A stretch of DNA of 64,000 nt from Eledone cirrhosa (lineage: Eukaryota), in assembly GCA_964016885.1 (NCBI GenBank), contig OZ024740.1:45446001-45510000 (forward strand), given 5' to 3'. The notes under the pieces are model-generated. The model worked only from the letters and a program-made list of their open reading frames with translations. It searched no databases and had not been told where the DNA came from. A program made the position numbers and the translations under genes. This document shows, piece by piece, positions 37,401-52,400 of this stretch. How positions within the stretch are numbered: position 1 is the first letter of the stretch; every line of letters begins with the position of its first letter.

Positions 37401-40400
37401 TGTGTTGTTTCCTTGAGCAAGACACTTTATTTCACATTGCTCCAGTTTACTCAGCTGTAGAAATGAGATGATAGGACTGGGGACCAAGCTGACAACAAAA
37501 GAATGAAAAGCAAAGTACCAGTAAAGTACTGATAACAATTTAATTGACACCCCCTCACCCACTGTCGGCCTTGTGCTGAAATTAGAAATTATAAAGTTTG
37601 TATTTAGAGCATAACTTAAATGTTCTTAGATAAATATCATGGCTTTAAAATAAACAGCTTTGCCTCACAGAAGCTGGGGTATTTCTGACGGATTAGTAAC
37701 AAAAGGGTTAAATCTATCCAGATCATACCTTTATTTCTGAATGACGTTCTAAGACTTCTTTAGCTTTCTCTTCCAATTCTTTAAACTCTACTTTATGTCC
37801 TGCAAGTTTTTTGGCCATTTCTTCCTTCTCTTTCTCCAAAGATTCCAATTTCTCTTGTGATTTCTTCAAATTCCTAAAAACAAATATATGTTCTTGTTAA
37901 TAAGTTTCCAAAGCATTTCAAAATAAACTGAGTAACCATGTGAATATTCTAGAAACAACCACCATATATTAAAGAGTAATATGATATTTTAGATGTTTTA
38001 TTTTATAAGTCAGTCATCATTTAATGTCTGTTTTACCTGCTATCAAGGGTTGACCAACTAATCTCAGACTAAGTCAGCATTCAAGTGTGGCTATTGACTT
38101 CTCAGATATACTGGGGAACTGCATCTCACTTACATTCCCACACTAACTTCTGCACACAGGGTGAACATTTTTTTGTGCAACAGGTGTGTGGGAGACCAAA
38201 TGTAGAGCATATCCAGCTTTCATGCTTGTATGCATGGGTTGGGCAGGAGATGTGTGTGAGGAGTGAGGATTTTTTAGCAGGGAGGTGATGTGGAAATATA
38301 TATATTAATATTATGAAATTCAAATGTAAACAAACCTTTTGGAAGTTGTGACTCCGACAGTCGTTTTAGTAATTTGACCAACCACCTGGTCAATATTATT
38401 TGAGATGGCATCAACTCTAGCTTGGACTGCTTTTAATTTGTTTCCACCAATATCCATTATTTCTTTATGCAGCCTACAACAGAAATATTAAATTATCAGA
38501 GAAATAAGCAGCTTGAACTATTGAAAAAGTAAGATAAATTAACCCTTTTGATACCAAACATCCTGAAACCGGACCTGGTTCTACGACACAAAGCTACTTT
38601 AGTGTATATATTTATCTAAAAACTTCCCATTATGATTTTATGCAACAACCTTTATTACATTCCAAACATCAACTTAATGAAAATGCATTTCCCAGATATG
38701 TGCACCATTAACAAAGTTCTCACAAAGACTTAGCATCAAACAAGGTTTGACAAAGCTGGCCCTTTGAAGTTACAGATACAACTCAGTTTTGCTAGTTGAT
38801 TGGTGCAAGTGAAATAAAGTGTCTAACTCAAGGACACAATATGGCACTGAGAATCGAACTCACAATGTTATGATTATGAGCTGCACACCATCAATACTGT
38901 GCCAGCTGCCTTGACAAATATAATTGTTTCTATATTTGAATTATCCCAGTGTATTATTGGTGCCTTATTTTATCAACCCCGTAAGGATGAAAGGCAAAGT
39001 TAACCTCGGCGGGATTTGAACTCAGACCATAAATAGACGTATCTCTTTGCTGCAAAGCATGGGGTCCGACCCTCTACCGATACTGCCAATCCACCGCCCT
39101 TGACAAATATAATTGTTTCTACCTTTGGCACAAGGCCAACAATTACCCAGTTCATTACTGGTACTTTATTTTCTCGACCCGGTAAGGATGAAAGGCAAAG
39201 TTAACCTCGACGGGTGACAAATATAATGATAGCAAAAATGGAAAGATTAACAATTAAGTAGAGATCTTGTGTTAGTTTAGACAAATGAAAGTTTTAGTTG
39301 TTTCATCAACAGAACCTACTGAACCTTAATGCAGGAAAGTAATGGTCTTTCTAGTGCTCATACTATCTGCCAGGGAGCTGATCAACAGACTGGACCAAGG
39401 AAACACTGTTTCCATTGCTGATTACTATTTTCCAGCCACAAAACATAGCAGAAGGGGCAGCATGAAATAAAGTATTTTGTTCAAGAACACAAACACATCA
39501 CCCAGTCCAGGAATCAAACCCATTGCCTTATGACCATGAGTTCAACACCCTAACCACTAGGCCACATACCTTCAGCAGGACAGTGTGACAAGGCTGGTTC
39601 ATAGAAATACAAATACTCAATCTAACAGGGTTCCGTCTACCCAAATTTACATACAAAGCCTGTGTTACACCAAGACCAGTAGGATTAAACCTGAAACTTT
39701 GTGATTGAGAAGGGAACATCATAACTGCTTAGTCATCATCATTTTTTCATGTCCGTTTTCCTTGCTTGCAAGGAATAAGTAGGTTGTAAAAGACCCAAAC
39801 AGTATATAGTTGGAGCCACTGACCTGCTAGATGTGATGAAGCCTGCATCACACTTACATACGATCCACCATCCTATTGAATGTTTAGATGAATTCATACT
39901 CTACAGAATGTACTGAGCATGTTTTAATTGTGGCACCAGCATTAGGAAAATTGTCATGTTTTTGGAACAACTGAAAAGTCTTCTTGACCCTTTAGGATGG
40001 TTTCTACAGCTAGATGCCCTTCCTAAAACAAAGCACTTCCCAGAGAGGACTGAGTGCATTTTATCATGACATCAGCACTGCCACTTTACTGAGTAGGCTG
40101 GGTGCATTTTATCATGACACTAGCATTACCACTTTATAGGATGGGCAGGGTGTATTTTATCATGTCACTAGCACTACCACTTTACAAGGTATACTGAATG
40201 CATTTTATTGTCACTGGAACTTTATAGAGTGGACTGTGTGCATTTTATTGTGGAATTGGCATTACCTTTTACAGAGTGCACAGGGTGCATTTTATTGTGG
40301 CACTGGTACTACAACTATAGAGTGGGCTAGGTGCATTTTTTTGTCACTGGCACGGCCACTTTATAGAATAGGGTTGGGTGTATTTTATTATGGCACTTTA

Positions 40401-43400
40401 CAGAGTGTACTGGGTGCATTCCAATATAGTATTTACAATGAAAACAGGAAATAATGTTTGCATATCTCACCTTTGAATTTCCTTTTCAATCTTGGAAGCA
40501 ACTTTAGCATCTTTTTCATAAACTGTAAATGAAGTTACAAATTTAATGCAGGACAAAACTGCCGATGTCAGACATAATATTAAGTCATTGAAAAGATATT
40601 ATTGTCAATAGCAACAACTAATAACAATGGACATGCAAAACCTGGTTAATATTCAAGTAGAATGTAATATGCTGAACTGAAATCATTAGAAATTCTTTTT
40701 TAACATAAATTTCATTACTTACAGACACAAAACCAACTTTTATAGGAGAGGAGTATAGTTTATTAGATTACTGGTATGTATTTTTAAACAGCCTGGAGAA
40801 ATAAAAGTATGTCGGAGCTAAGTTGTCATGTTATGTCCACTTTCCATGCTGGCATGAGTTGGACAGGAAGTCATGATCCATGTCAGTTCTTATTTGGAGT
40901 TTCTGCTCTACTAGAGGTATCAGAAGACATTTACTTGTACAATCCACTATTTGGCATAGCTTCTATAGCTGGATGCCATTCTTAACACCAACCTCTTAAC
41001 AGAACATACTGAGGGCATTTTATCATCATGCCAGCCCAAAAGAGGTTGTCATGTTCTCATCAAGGCTAAAGAGCAGTCTCTGTTATATTACCAACATCTT
41101 TTGAGGAGTGAGTATGAATATGTGTTTTAATATGTCATTGGTGATAGGAAGAACATCTAGCTGTAGAAACTATGCCAAACAAAGGGTCGAGAGAAGTTGT
41201 ATCAAAGATATGACAACCTCCCTAGTGCTGGTGCCACAATAAAACACACCCAATACACTCTGTAGATTACACAAACATATCATCATCATTGTTTTTATAT
41301 CCGTTTTTCAATGCATTCATCTCTATATGTAAGCAAGATGCACTCTCCAACCTGTTTGAGAGTTCAGTGGCTCCAGCTAAGTACTGAATTTGGTCTGTGA
41401 GAACTTGTCCAACCCTTGTTAACAGGGAAAATGGTTGATGAAGGAGGAGGGAGAAATATGATGTAAATTAGACACACAGTAACACAGATATGACAAGGTA
41501 CAGAAAATAAAACTCACTGCTCTTATATTTCTCAACTTTTTTCTGCAAGGCTTCCACTTCAGCTTTATCAGGAGTTGCAGCTTTTACTTTCTCTTTTTGT
41601 ACATCAATTTGCTGGGTCAGTGTTGTCTCCTGCGTTGTCAATGCCTGAAATAGTCATTCAGATAATGTATAGCCATATAAGAAAGAGAACAAAAATATAT
41701 ATCAAAATGCTGAGTTTAACTTTATGATGGTGTAAAATGGTAAAAGAGTAGTAACATGTTACCCCCAATACCTTACAATACCTAGTATCATACACCAATG
41801 TTGTGTATTTAAATACAGTTCAGTAGACTTTCCCTTCCATCATTCAATCACATGTCCCCATTCACATACATATTTCTGGCCTTTATTCCAATGTAAAAAA
41901 ATATTTATTGTTATAAACAAACAAGACTTGGTTCACTTATGAAGCATTGAGAAATAGTTTAATAGTTGAATTAAATGGGTAATTACCCCTGAAGATAGAA
42001 AAAAGAGGATAGAGAGGCTTGCCCGGGGAACTTTACTTCATTTATTCAGCTATTATTATAGTTATCCGCATTGCAACAACTATATCTTCAAATAATAATT
42101 ATTATTAATAGCAGTTATGTGGTTGCTGAAGACTGAATTTTGACATGTTCCAAACAATAACATTTCTTATTTCTCTCCAAGCCTTCACTTGATTACCAGT
42201 ATACAAGTGCTAACTATTTCAAACAAGCAAAGCATTTTGTGCAAACCAGTTTAACCCTTTGACTGTCATTGTTGTTTTAAGTATTTTACTGTCCCTGGCC
42301 AGGATTACACATTAGTGCAATAAGTAGCAGCAAGTGCCCACAGAATACTAACTCATTCCATTGCACAGATGGTTCTATAGAAATAGTGGACAGCTTCCGT
42401 TACCTGGGTGATAAAATCAGCAGTGGGGGAGGGTGCTCTGAAAGTACAGTAGCTAGAGTCAGAACGGGATGGAAAAAGTTCAGAGAGCCACTAAAGGGTT
42501 CTCTCTAAAACTGAAAGGCAGGCTGTATGATGCCTGCATACGAACAGCAATGTTGCATGGCAGTGAGACCTGGGCATTGTGTGCAGAGGATATACGCAGA
42601 CTGGAGAGAAACGAAGCTTGCATGCTCCGCTGGATGTGTAATAGTAATATACGTGAACGACAAAGCATAAACGAACTAAGGGAGAAATTAGAAATAAGAG
42701 GGATCAGATGTTGTTTACTCAAGAGAAGACTACGTTGGTATGGTCACGTGATGCGCATGAAAGACGACAGCTGTATAAAAAAGTGCAGGGCAATAAAAAT
42801 AGACGGTAGCCACGGAGTAGGCAGACCCAGAAAAATCTGGGACGACTTGATAAATTCCGACCTCACACACTTACACCTCTCCAAGACAATATCACTGGAC
42901 CGAGACCTTTGGCGCTACACAGTAATACAGAAGACCCGCCTTACCTAAGTACAAAGTAAAACCTACTACAGTCAGTAGGCACCTCTAACAAAATACACCC
43001 CCGTCCCACAACCCGCACCCCACCCCTTTCAATGTAAAGTTATGTTGGTACCCCAACATCCAGCCGGAAACAAATGAGGTCGTGTAGGTGTCACGACAAA
43101 AAAACACAGTCCACGCTGTAATGTGGCCGTGTAGGTAACACGGTAAAAACCTCCCAGACCCACACTGTAAATGTGGTTGGTGTTAGGAAGGGCATCCAGC
43201 CGTAGAAAACCCGCCAGACAGTCCTATGCGAGCAAGACAACCACTCTTGCCTCAAGTGGGAAAACTCCTGTCCAAACCCATGCAAGCGTGGAATATGGAC
43301 ATTAAACGAAGATGATGATGATGATATTCTTTAAGTTGTTAAGATTAGAACTAAACAAATGTTTTCCTCAAATTGAAATTGACTCCAAACTGTCTCAGTT

Positions 43401-46400
43401 TTAAATTCTATCTGTAACTACTTCCCTTCAATCAAGTTACTAATACTCTTGAGGACATGAGAATCAAATCAAATTTACTCCACACCTAGAAATCTTAGAT
43501 TATTTCTTATGCCTAAATCATAACAAGCTACAACCCAAACCAAATATATTATTTAATGAGATCACTTACTTTAATTTCCATACTGTATTTTTGTATGCAA
43601 AGAATATTAACTTTCAGAGAATCTTCCAGTTCCTGTATACGACTCTCAAGCTTTATTTTGTTCTGTCGACGACTGCTAGTCTCCTCAGTTAGCTGAAAAT
43701 ATTTGTTAAATCAGAAGCACATGAAATTACAATAAAATGTTGAACAAACTAAATCAGAATGCAATACATAAAATTTAACCTGTGCGAATTGTTTTTTCTC
43801 TTTTCTTTTTTTAAATCAGTTTATACACATAGATAGCAATGAGGAGTTAACATTGGGTTTGGTTGGTTAAATACTTTTCACTTTAAAGTACCAGTGATTA
43901 TTTTAATGTGCAGTTGACTACTCTGCTTACGTAATTCTAAATCTAATTTTGTGCACTAAGTTTACACTTTGTGTCAAATACTACATGCACTCACAAAACA
44001 TTGGTCAGCTATCATTGAAGACACTTAACCAAGGTGCCACACAGTGAGATAGAATCCATGACCACACAGATGTGATCAGAACATTTTAGCTACACAGCCA
44101 TGCCTGCATTGTCCTGTTTTATTCATGGCAAATTTCTATGGCCAGATGCTCCTCCTGATGCCATTACATACTTTTTAATATGGTAGAGATCCAACAACTT
44201 AAATGTTTTGGAGGCTAATACAAGTACACACATACAAACATTGAGCCAAACATTGAGTTCTCAACCCAATTCACTCACAAGGCATTGGTTGACTCAATGC
44301 TAATGCAGAAAACACTTACGCAAGGTGCCATGAAACAGGACCAAACACAAATCCACATGTCTAGCTTCAGAACATGACTATCCATCTAACCTATGCAAGC
44401 ATAAAAAATAGACATACAAACGAGAATGATGATAATAATGATTTCCTACAGTTCTGTGTGCAGAATGATTATCCTCTTTCAACTGAACCACAAATCTCTA
44501 AACACATTTTTACTAATTTATCCAAATGAAAACACATATATATACCTTAGTTAATTCCATTTCTGCTTTTTCTAATACCTTTGGATCAATTTCTTGAACA
44601 ACAGAAGACCCCATCCGACCTTTTAGAACAGTGTTGCCGCCACCACTTATCGTACCTGAAATAGGAATATAATTTTATAAACTTACTTTTGATACCAACC
44701 TGGCAAAAACCAGGTTGCTTAAAGGTTTCCTATTTAAATTAAAATCTTCCAACATAATTTAACATAAGAACCATATATTAAGTTACTGATGTCACAATGC
44801 ACTCAGTCCACTCAGTAAAGTGATAGTGCTGGTGCTACAATAAACTGCACCTAGTACACACTGTAAAGTGGTAGTACCAGAATCACCATAAAATACACGC
44901 CGCCCACTATGTAAAGTGGTAGTGCTGGTTCTACAATAAAATGTACTCAGTCCACTCAGTAAAGTGATAATACTATGGTCTATCCTGCACACTACATCTG
45001 ATTCCACTTATGCCTGTTTTTCTCTCAGCTCACCCACGCACACTGACATTTCACATTCAATGGTACATGCTTAATTTGTTTCTAGCCTTTACAAATCCTC
45101 TGCATTCAATGCTCATGTTTTACTCCTTACTCCCATGTAGTATCACACTAAATGCACTTCACTCTGCAAACACTGTTCTGTAGTTAATAATTCAAAATAC
45201 TCCAGATGAACAGTTAATTTCAGTGCAGGCAACAGAAAACAGGATACTTAGTATTAACTCTAGGGTCATGTTACCTTGACTGTTGCAGCAGATAGAATAA
45301 ACACTACTATCACCAGTGTCAGTTTTATGTTTTCTTGTGCAGGTTTTCATGGCTTGGACAAGTCTTTTCCAGCACAGCTTTCTTCTGCTTGTGTTCCTTT
45401 GTCATCTCCTCGTTGAAGTTCAATATTTTGAGACCATTTCTGCTTAAGTTTTCCCCACTCTTCCTCTTCTGCAGTGAACTTCTACCTGGAGGTACTAACA
45501 CTTCTTCACCAAATGATCATCATCCTTATACATCATGTACCTATACCAGCGCTATTCTCTTGCACACTGCACCTGATTCCCCTCATGCCCATTTTTTCTT
45601 TAATCTTATCTGTGCTTCGTTATTCATACACACTAACATTATTCACCCATAGGAGTAAGCCTGCCTCATTTCTTTTTAATATTTGCACATCCTTTGCAAT
45701 TAATGTAAATGTCTCACAAACATGCAACATCACACTTTGTACACAGGCACCACATAATCTACCCTTTGTTACCAGCCAAGGTGGTAATTCTCTGAACATT
45801 TCCCAATCAGTTTTTATTCTAGTTACTAGACTTTTGGATAGAATATTTTTGATAAAATATTTAGATCAAGAGATATTTCAGTTTAACATAATACTCACCT
45901 GAAATGTCAATAAGTGCTCCATTTAAGGTAACAACTTTGTAGCGAGTTTTGCCATAAGCAATACGGGTGGCTTGATCCAGATCCTTTGCCACAAGTGTAT
46001 CCCGCAGAGCAAAGTAAAATGCTGGTGCGAAGGCAGGATCTTCTATTTTGACAAGATCAAAAAGACGAGGAACAGATTCAGGTCTGAAAGTGAAATAGAG
46101 AAATTTGAAAACAGTTGTGATGGTTTAATCTCAGATTTTCACATGGCAATCTATATTGTACAGAAGCAAGCACAAAGGTTGCAAAATGTCTAAACAATTA
46201 ATTCCAGGAAATACATATAATGTAAAAGACTACACAATATGTAGAAAAATTTCATAGATTATTTATAGATAAATGTTTCTATTCAGTTTCTAGACACACA
46301 TGTATGCTGCTACAGTGGTGTCAGTGCTTATTCAAAGATAGGTGCCATAATTACAGATAGTACTAACTTCAGTTGAACCTTCCACCAACGATAATCATTT

Positions 46401-49400
46401 ATATACATCATGTGTCCATAAAATAGCAAAAAATTACATATATTTCTAAAAATACAGATATGATGATCTACACGATAAAAACACCCAGTACATGATGTAA
46501 AGTGGTTGTTGATAAGAAGGACATTCAGCTATAGAAAGCTTGCCAAAGGTTGGGAAGACCATTCAGTTGTGTCAAAGACATGACAACTTCTCTAGTGTTG
46601 ATGCCATGATAAATGCACTTGGTAGATCATGGAAAGGTATGTAAGCAAGACGTGAACCCCCCAGCATGTCTATGAGGTCAGTAGCCCTGTTTCAGTACTG
46701 ACTCAATCTGTGAAGACCTGTCAAACCCTTGCTAGCAGGAAAAGTAGACAATAAATGATGAGGATGATGATGAAAGCAATACAAATAAAAATATTTATCT
46801 ACAAAGCTTACGCTGTTATTTTTCTATTACAGTAGCTCTTCCATTTATCCATTTTATCAAGACAAATGAATGTGCTAGAACCAGTATTGTTAGCCTTGAG
46901 GAATTCAACACAATGACGAGCTGTGTCAATGGTGTCAACTAGAATATTGTCAAGAGAACCACAAGCAGTTGAAATGGCACAATCATATTTGCTATCAATT
47001 GCACCAAGGTCACCCTGTAAAAAGAAAAAAGAAAAGACATTGAAATAAGGGAATAAACGCTGGAGAGGTTAAGAAAGATAACAAAAAAACACAGTGCCAT
47101 AATACAAAAGACCTATCCACCAGTACAAGCACTGTGACACAAAGTAAATGTGGTTAGAGACTGGAAGCTACAGTGTTTGACAATCAAATGCAGACAATAT
47201 AAGCTGTCAGAGGACTCTTCATTCTGATCAAGCATGTAGCAACCTTTCCACTACCAGTGCTCCAATAAAATGCATCCAGTAAACCCTGTAAAGTATTGGT
47301 TGATGCCATGATAAAATGCACCCAGTCCACAATAGAAAGCCCTGTCCAACCTATGACAGCCTAGGAAAACAGACATAAAAATGATGATGGGGATGAATAT
47401 TATTTTAAACTGAGAAGTTAATGAACTAAAATTTTTAAATTATATATACATGAAACACTCCAGAAACATCAACTTTTTTGTCAATCAGATGTAAAACACC
47501 AAATAAACCAACTGAAATGTAAAACAAGCATGTGAAAACAGGAGTATGAAGCAACCTTAATTCTTAACATCCTGTAATAATTTATGAGAAAATATCTATA
47601 GGTTGTTAAAATTTTCAGTATAAGACTAAAGATTTTTAATATCTAACCCTTTAGCATTTAAAGCAGCTGTATCCAGTCAGAATTCTCTCACCTATTTCTG
47701 TTCAAACTGGCCATAACCAGCTTATGTTAAGGTATTGATTTCAAAATGAATAATATCAAAATCTCGTAGATTCGATATTAAGTGAGATAAAGCCTTTACC
47801 GTGAAAATACAATAGTAAATATAGAGTAATTTAAATGCTAAAGGGTTAATGTATGTAATACATCAGTTCAGCTACAAATGACATTTCATATGTGTGGCAG
47901 TTAATCGACTCTTGATATTCTGTAATGATTTAGGAGATTATGTCTAAAAAGAAAGAAAAAAAGAGTTTCTTAATTCAAATGTTTATAGTACCTTTACCAG
48001 TCGACAGATTGTTGTGAAAATTTGCAGCATTAGAGTAAAGACTAATTTTTAATGTGATGCAGTCATAATGCTGTTTTGTATTTTTCAAGAATGTCTTGCT
48101 AATGTGGTTTCATGCAGTACAAGGCACTAAGAGTTACAGCAAGCTTACCAATCTGCCGAAAATGCCTGGCAGTTTTCCTTTTCGCTTCTGTTCCATTAAA
48201 GCAGTTATAACTCTTCCTTTGCTCTTGGCTGATTGCATGGACATTTTCATTTCTTCAATTTTCACACGGGCATTTCTTAACTGAAGACAAAAAAAGTCAA
48301 ATTTCATTAAAATTTCTAAACATCTTATTAATTTATAGCATATCAATATTGATTATATTTGTATCTAATATTTACCATAGTCAGCATTATGTTGACTTTA
48401 TTGGTACCTTTAACACTTTTCATTATCATATTTCTAATGCGGTGAATTGGCAGTATTGGTAGAGAGTCAGACACCATGCTTTGCAGCATAGAGTTATGAC
48501 CCTTTACGTTCTGGGTTCAATCCCGCCGAGGTTAGCTTTGCCTTTCATTCTTGTGGGGTTGATAAAATAAACACCAGTAATACACTGGGGTAATTGCTGG
48601 CCTTGTGCCAAAAGTAGAAACATTATCATATTTCTAATGAAAAATAGTACCTATAATTTTCAAAAGTGAGAGTCTGGAGGTTAGTGTTGAAGATCAAATG
48701 GAGAAATATAGGGTTTGAGAAGACTCTTCAACCTGGATGAACAACTTCTCTAATGTTGGTGCCATGATAAAATGCACTCAATAGACTCTATAACATGATA
48801 GTGCAGGTGCTACAAAAAAGCACACTCAGTACTCTCTGTAAGGTGATTCCATTAGGATGGACATTCAGCCATAGAAACCATGCCAAATATGGAAATTATG
48901 ACCAAGATGAGGTTGTTCTAACATTATCTAGCTCATATGACAACATATCCAACTAGTGTGGAAAGCAGATATATATGATGATAATGAATGAATCATAATC
49001 AAAATAATTTTTTTTCCAAAGTTTACTTACCTCTTCTGAAGATTTCTTTTCTAAATCTGGAACAACCTCAAATTCTTTCTTACTTTTTGTAAGATCTTTT
49101 TCAATAATAGGAATTTTTTGTTCGATGTCTTTAACTTGTCTACAGAAATAAATTAAAATTAAAAATAGTAAATGCAATGATTCCATTTTTATCATTACAA
49201 CCTTAAAATACTGTTTATAGTATCTTTACTAGTGGAAAGATCATTGTAAAAATTTGTAGTAAGCTAAAAATATTAATATTAAATGTGATGCAGTCTTAGC
49301 ACTGTTTTGTACTTTTCAAAGTCTTGCTAATGTAATTTCATGTGGTACATATAGGACAGTAATTGTTAAATATATCCAAAAATTAATCTTGAAGCAGTAT

Positions 49401-52400
49401 TCTAGAAATACACCAAAACAATTGAGATCATCAAAATAAGAAAAAACATTTTTTATTATACAAACTAAAGCTTTATATATATATATATAACAGATCTAAT
49501 ATTCACTCAACAGATAGTGAATACATTAAAAAAAAATTGTAGGCTCCAAACCATAGGAAAGACTGGTGACTCTGAGTACAGATTTCGTCTATGAAAACCA
49601 GTTCAACCTTGCTATCATCATTTAACGTCTGCCTTCCACGCTGGCATTGGCCAAAGAGGTTATCATGATCCAAAGCTTGACAGGTCAAAGAGACATTGTC
49701 TTCTAAATATATTTCACATTTAGCAAGGTTTATATGGCTGGATGCAGTTCCTAAAACTAAACTACCTTACAGAGTCTACTAGGTGCATTTTATTGTAACG
49801 CAAGCACTAGAGACATCATATACATGGCCAAACTGAAGAGTCCCCTCTTCCCAACCATGTTTCCATTTCATCGCCATGAGAGTAGTGTGTATTCTACCAT
49901 AGCACAAACGTTGTCTCAACTTGTAAGTGCCAAGGACCATCACCATTGTATGTGGTCTCCAATCTCTCACCATATTCAATTTTAGTGTTCTAGTGCTTGT
50001 ACTGTCTTTTGTGGATATATTTTTACACCCCAGCCTGACCAAGCCCACACTGAGCACCCTAATTCACCCTGTACGGTGGTAGTGCTGGTGCCACAACAAA
50101 AAACACCCTATTGGCACTGTAAGGTAGTAGTGCCAGTACAATGACAAAAAAGCACCTAGTCCATCCTGTAAGGTGCCGAAGCCACAATAAAATGCTCCCA
50201 GTACACATTGTAAAGTGATTGGTATTAGAACGGGCATCTAGCTGTAGAATCCAAGCCCAAAATAATATACAAGCAAGACATGATCATCAGACCAGTCTAG
50301 CTTCAATCTAATCCACGCAAACATGGAAAAGACATTAAACAGTGATGATGATGATCATGATGACAAGGATCTCTGTCATCCATCATTCTCTCTTTCTTAT
50401 TATCACCCAATTTCATTACTACCTAATACTCTCTCCTATCACTTTACTCCTTCTTTTCTTTTATATTTTCATCACAACTTGTTTTGACTTTCTTCCCATT
50501 CAGTTGTTTAAGAAAGAAAGGAGCAAACACATGGAGTCAATGCAGAGAAGAGGGGATTTCTTTTTGTTCTGTTGAGAACTAGATAACTCTCTGGTGTTAG
50601 TCAATAGAGACAAGATAGGGCAGAGACGACCTTTTAAATTTTACAAGGAACAAAGCAACCTCTCAAGTGCTAGTATTACAATACTATGCACCCAGTAAAC
50701 TTTGGAAAGTAGATGGCAAATAAACAGAGACAACATGAGAGGGGGAGGGGGGCATTGTTGCCAGACAAAATCTCTGTACTGTGGGTGTTACAGTAAATCA
50801 GACCAAGTACACTCAATAAAGTACTTGGTAATAAGAAGGACATTCAGCTTCAGAAACCATGCCAGAAATGGAACATATAAGAGATGTGGTCTCAGGTGTA
50901 TCTAGTGTGGTAAGAACTCCAAATAAGTTGTCCAAACCATGCCAGCTTGAAAAGGCAGGTGTAAATTGATGATGATGACAGCTACTAAACATATTTTTAA
51001 AATCTAATACCATATTTCTATTAAAAGACACTGAGTATGATTTTCAAATTATTTTAAAAATAATCAATGATTTGGAAGGATTTAGTAATACAGTGAAATT
51101 CCCTTATAACAAAATTCACGGAGTATAAAAAAAAATTCTTTATAATGAGATCAACCTAACGCATCAAGCTTGTGACCAGGGATTGAAAAAAATGTTGTTA
51201 TAATGGTATTCGTTATAACGGAATTTTACCTGTACAACTAACTTTTTCGTTATTAAGCTAATGTTAGAAACATACTTAACAAAGGTTCTTACATAAAATT
51301 ATGATGTAAAGTTTTTAGATGAATATGAGGACTTTAAAATAAACAGCCTTCTGTCACAGAACAAAGAAGGCTAAAAACTTGTTAATGGGGTAGTGCTGGT
51401 ACCATGATAAAATGAATCCAGTCCACTCTGTAAAATGGTAGTGCTGGTGCCAAGATAAAAAGCACTCAGTCTACCCTCTAAAGTGGTAGTCCTGGTGCCA
51501 TGAAAATCACACCCACTCTACCACATAAGATGGTACTGCTGGTGCCACAATAGAAAGCACACAGTCCACCCTCTAATGTGAAACTATTGATACCACAAGA
51601 AAAAAGCACTGCTTCTACCATATAATGTAGTAGTTCCAGTGCCATGATAAAAGGTTCCCAGTACACTCTGTAAAGTGGTTGGTCTAAGAAAGGGTATCCA
51701 GCTGTGGAAACCATGTCAAAAGCAGAATGAGCCAGACATGGTCTAGCCTTAGAATGTGACAACTTGACTGAACTATGAAAGCATGGAAAATAGATGTTAA
51801 TTGATAAAGAAGCTGATGATGATGAATGTAAATGGTGATATTAACTTTTGGCGTTCTTTTAGAGTGCCCATTGCTTTCGTCAAATTCCTTTGCAATTCAT
51901 TTAATTTTGATTGCTCGTTTTGTTCATTGCTAAGGTAGATGTCCAACTCCGACTGGGAAACATTATACTATGAAAATAAAAAAAATAAAAAATATTGGTA
52001 AGCAATGTTTAGAAGATTATAATTTTTAATAATTTTTAAACTTCAAAAGTTATCAAGAAAAGTTGATAATGAAAAAAATCTAATAAAATTAAGGATTAAG
52101 TTGATTAATTTCATTGAATATGATGAAGTTTTAAACAAGTAAAAAGTTCAAGTTTACACATTAAATAATCACAAAATTTTTAACTCAGTTATATACCAAT
52201 ATTTTGAGAAATTACAAACTCTTATATTTTGTTTAATTTAAAAACAGCAATTCACTTTATAAGGAACATGGCTTAGTGGTTAGAGCTTTGGCCTTGCAAT
52301 CGAAAGGTTGTGAGTTCAATGCTCAGACCGGGTGGTGTGTTGTTTCCTTGAGCAAGACTCTTTATTTCACATTGCTCCAGTTTACTCAGCTGTAGAAATG

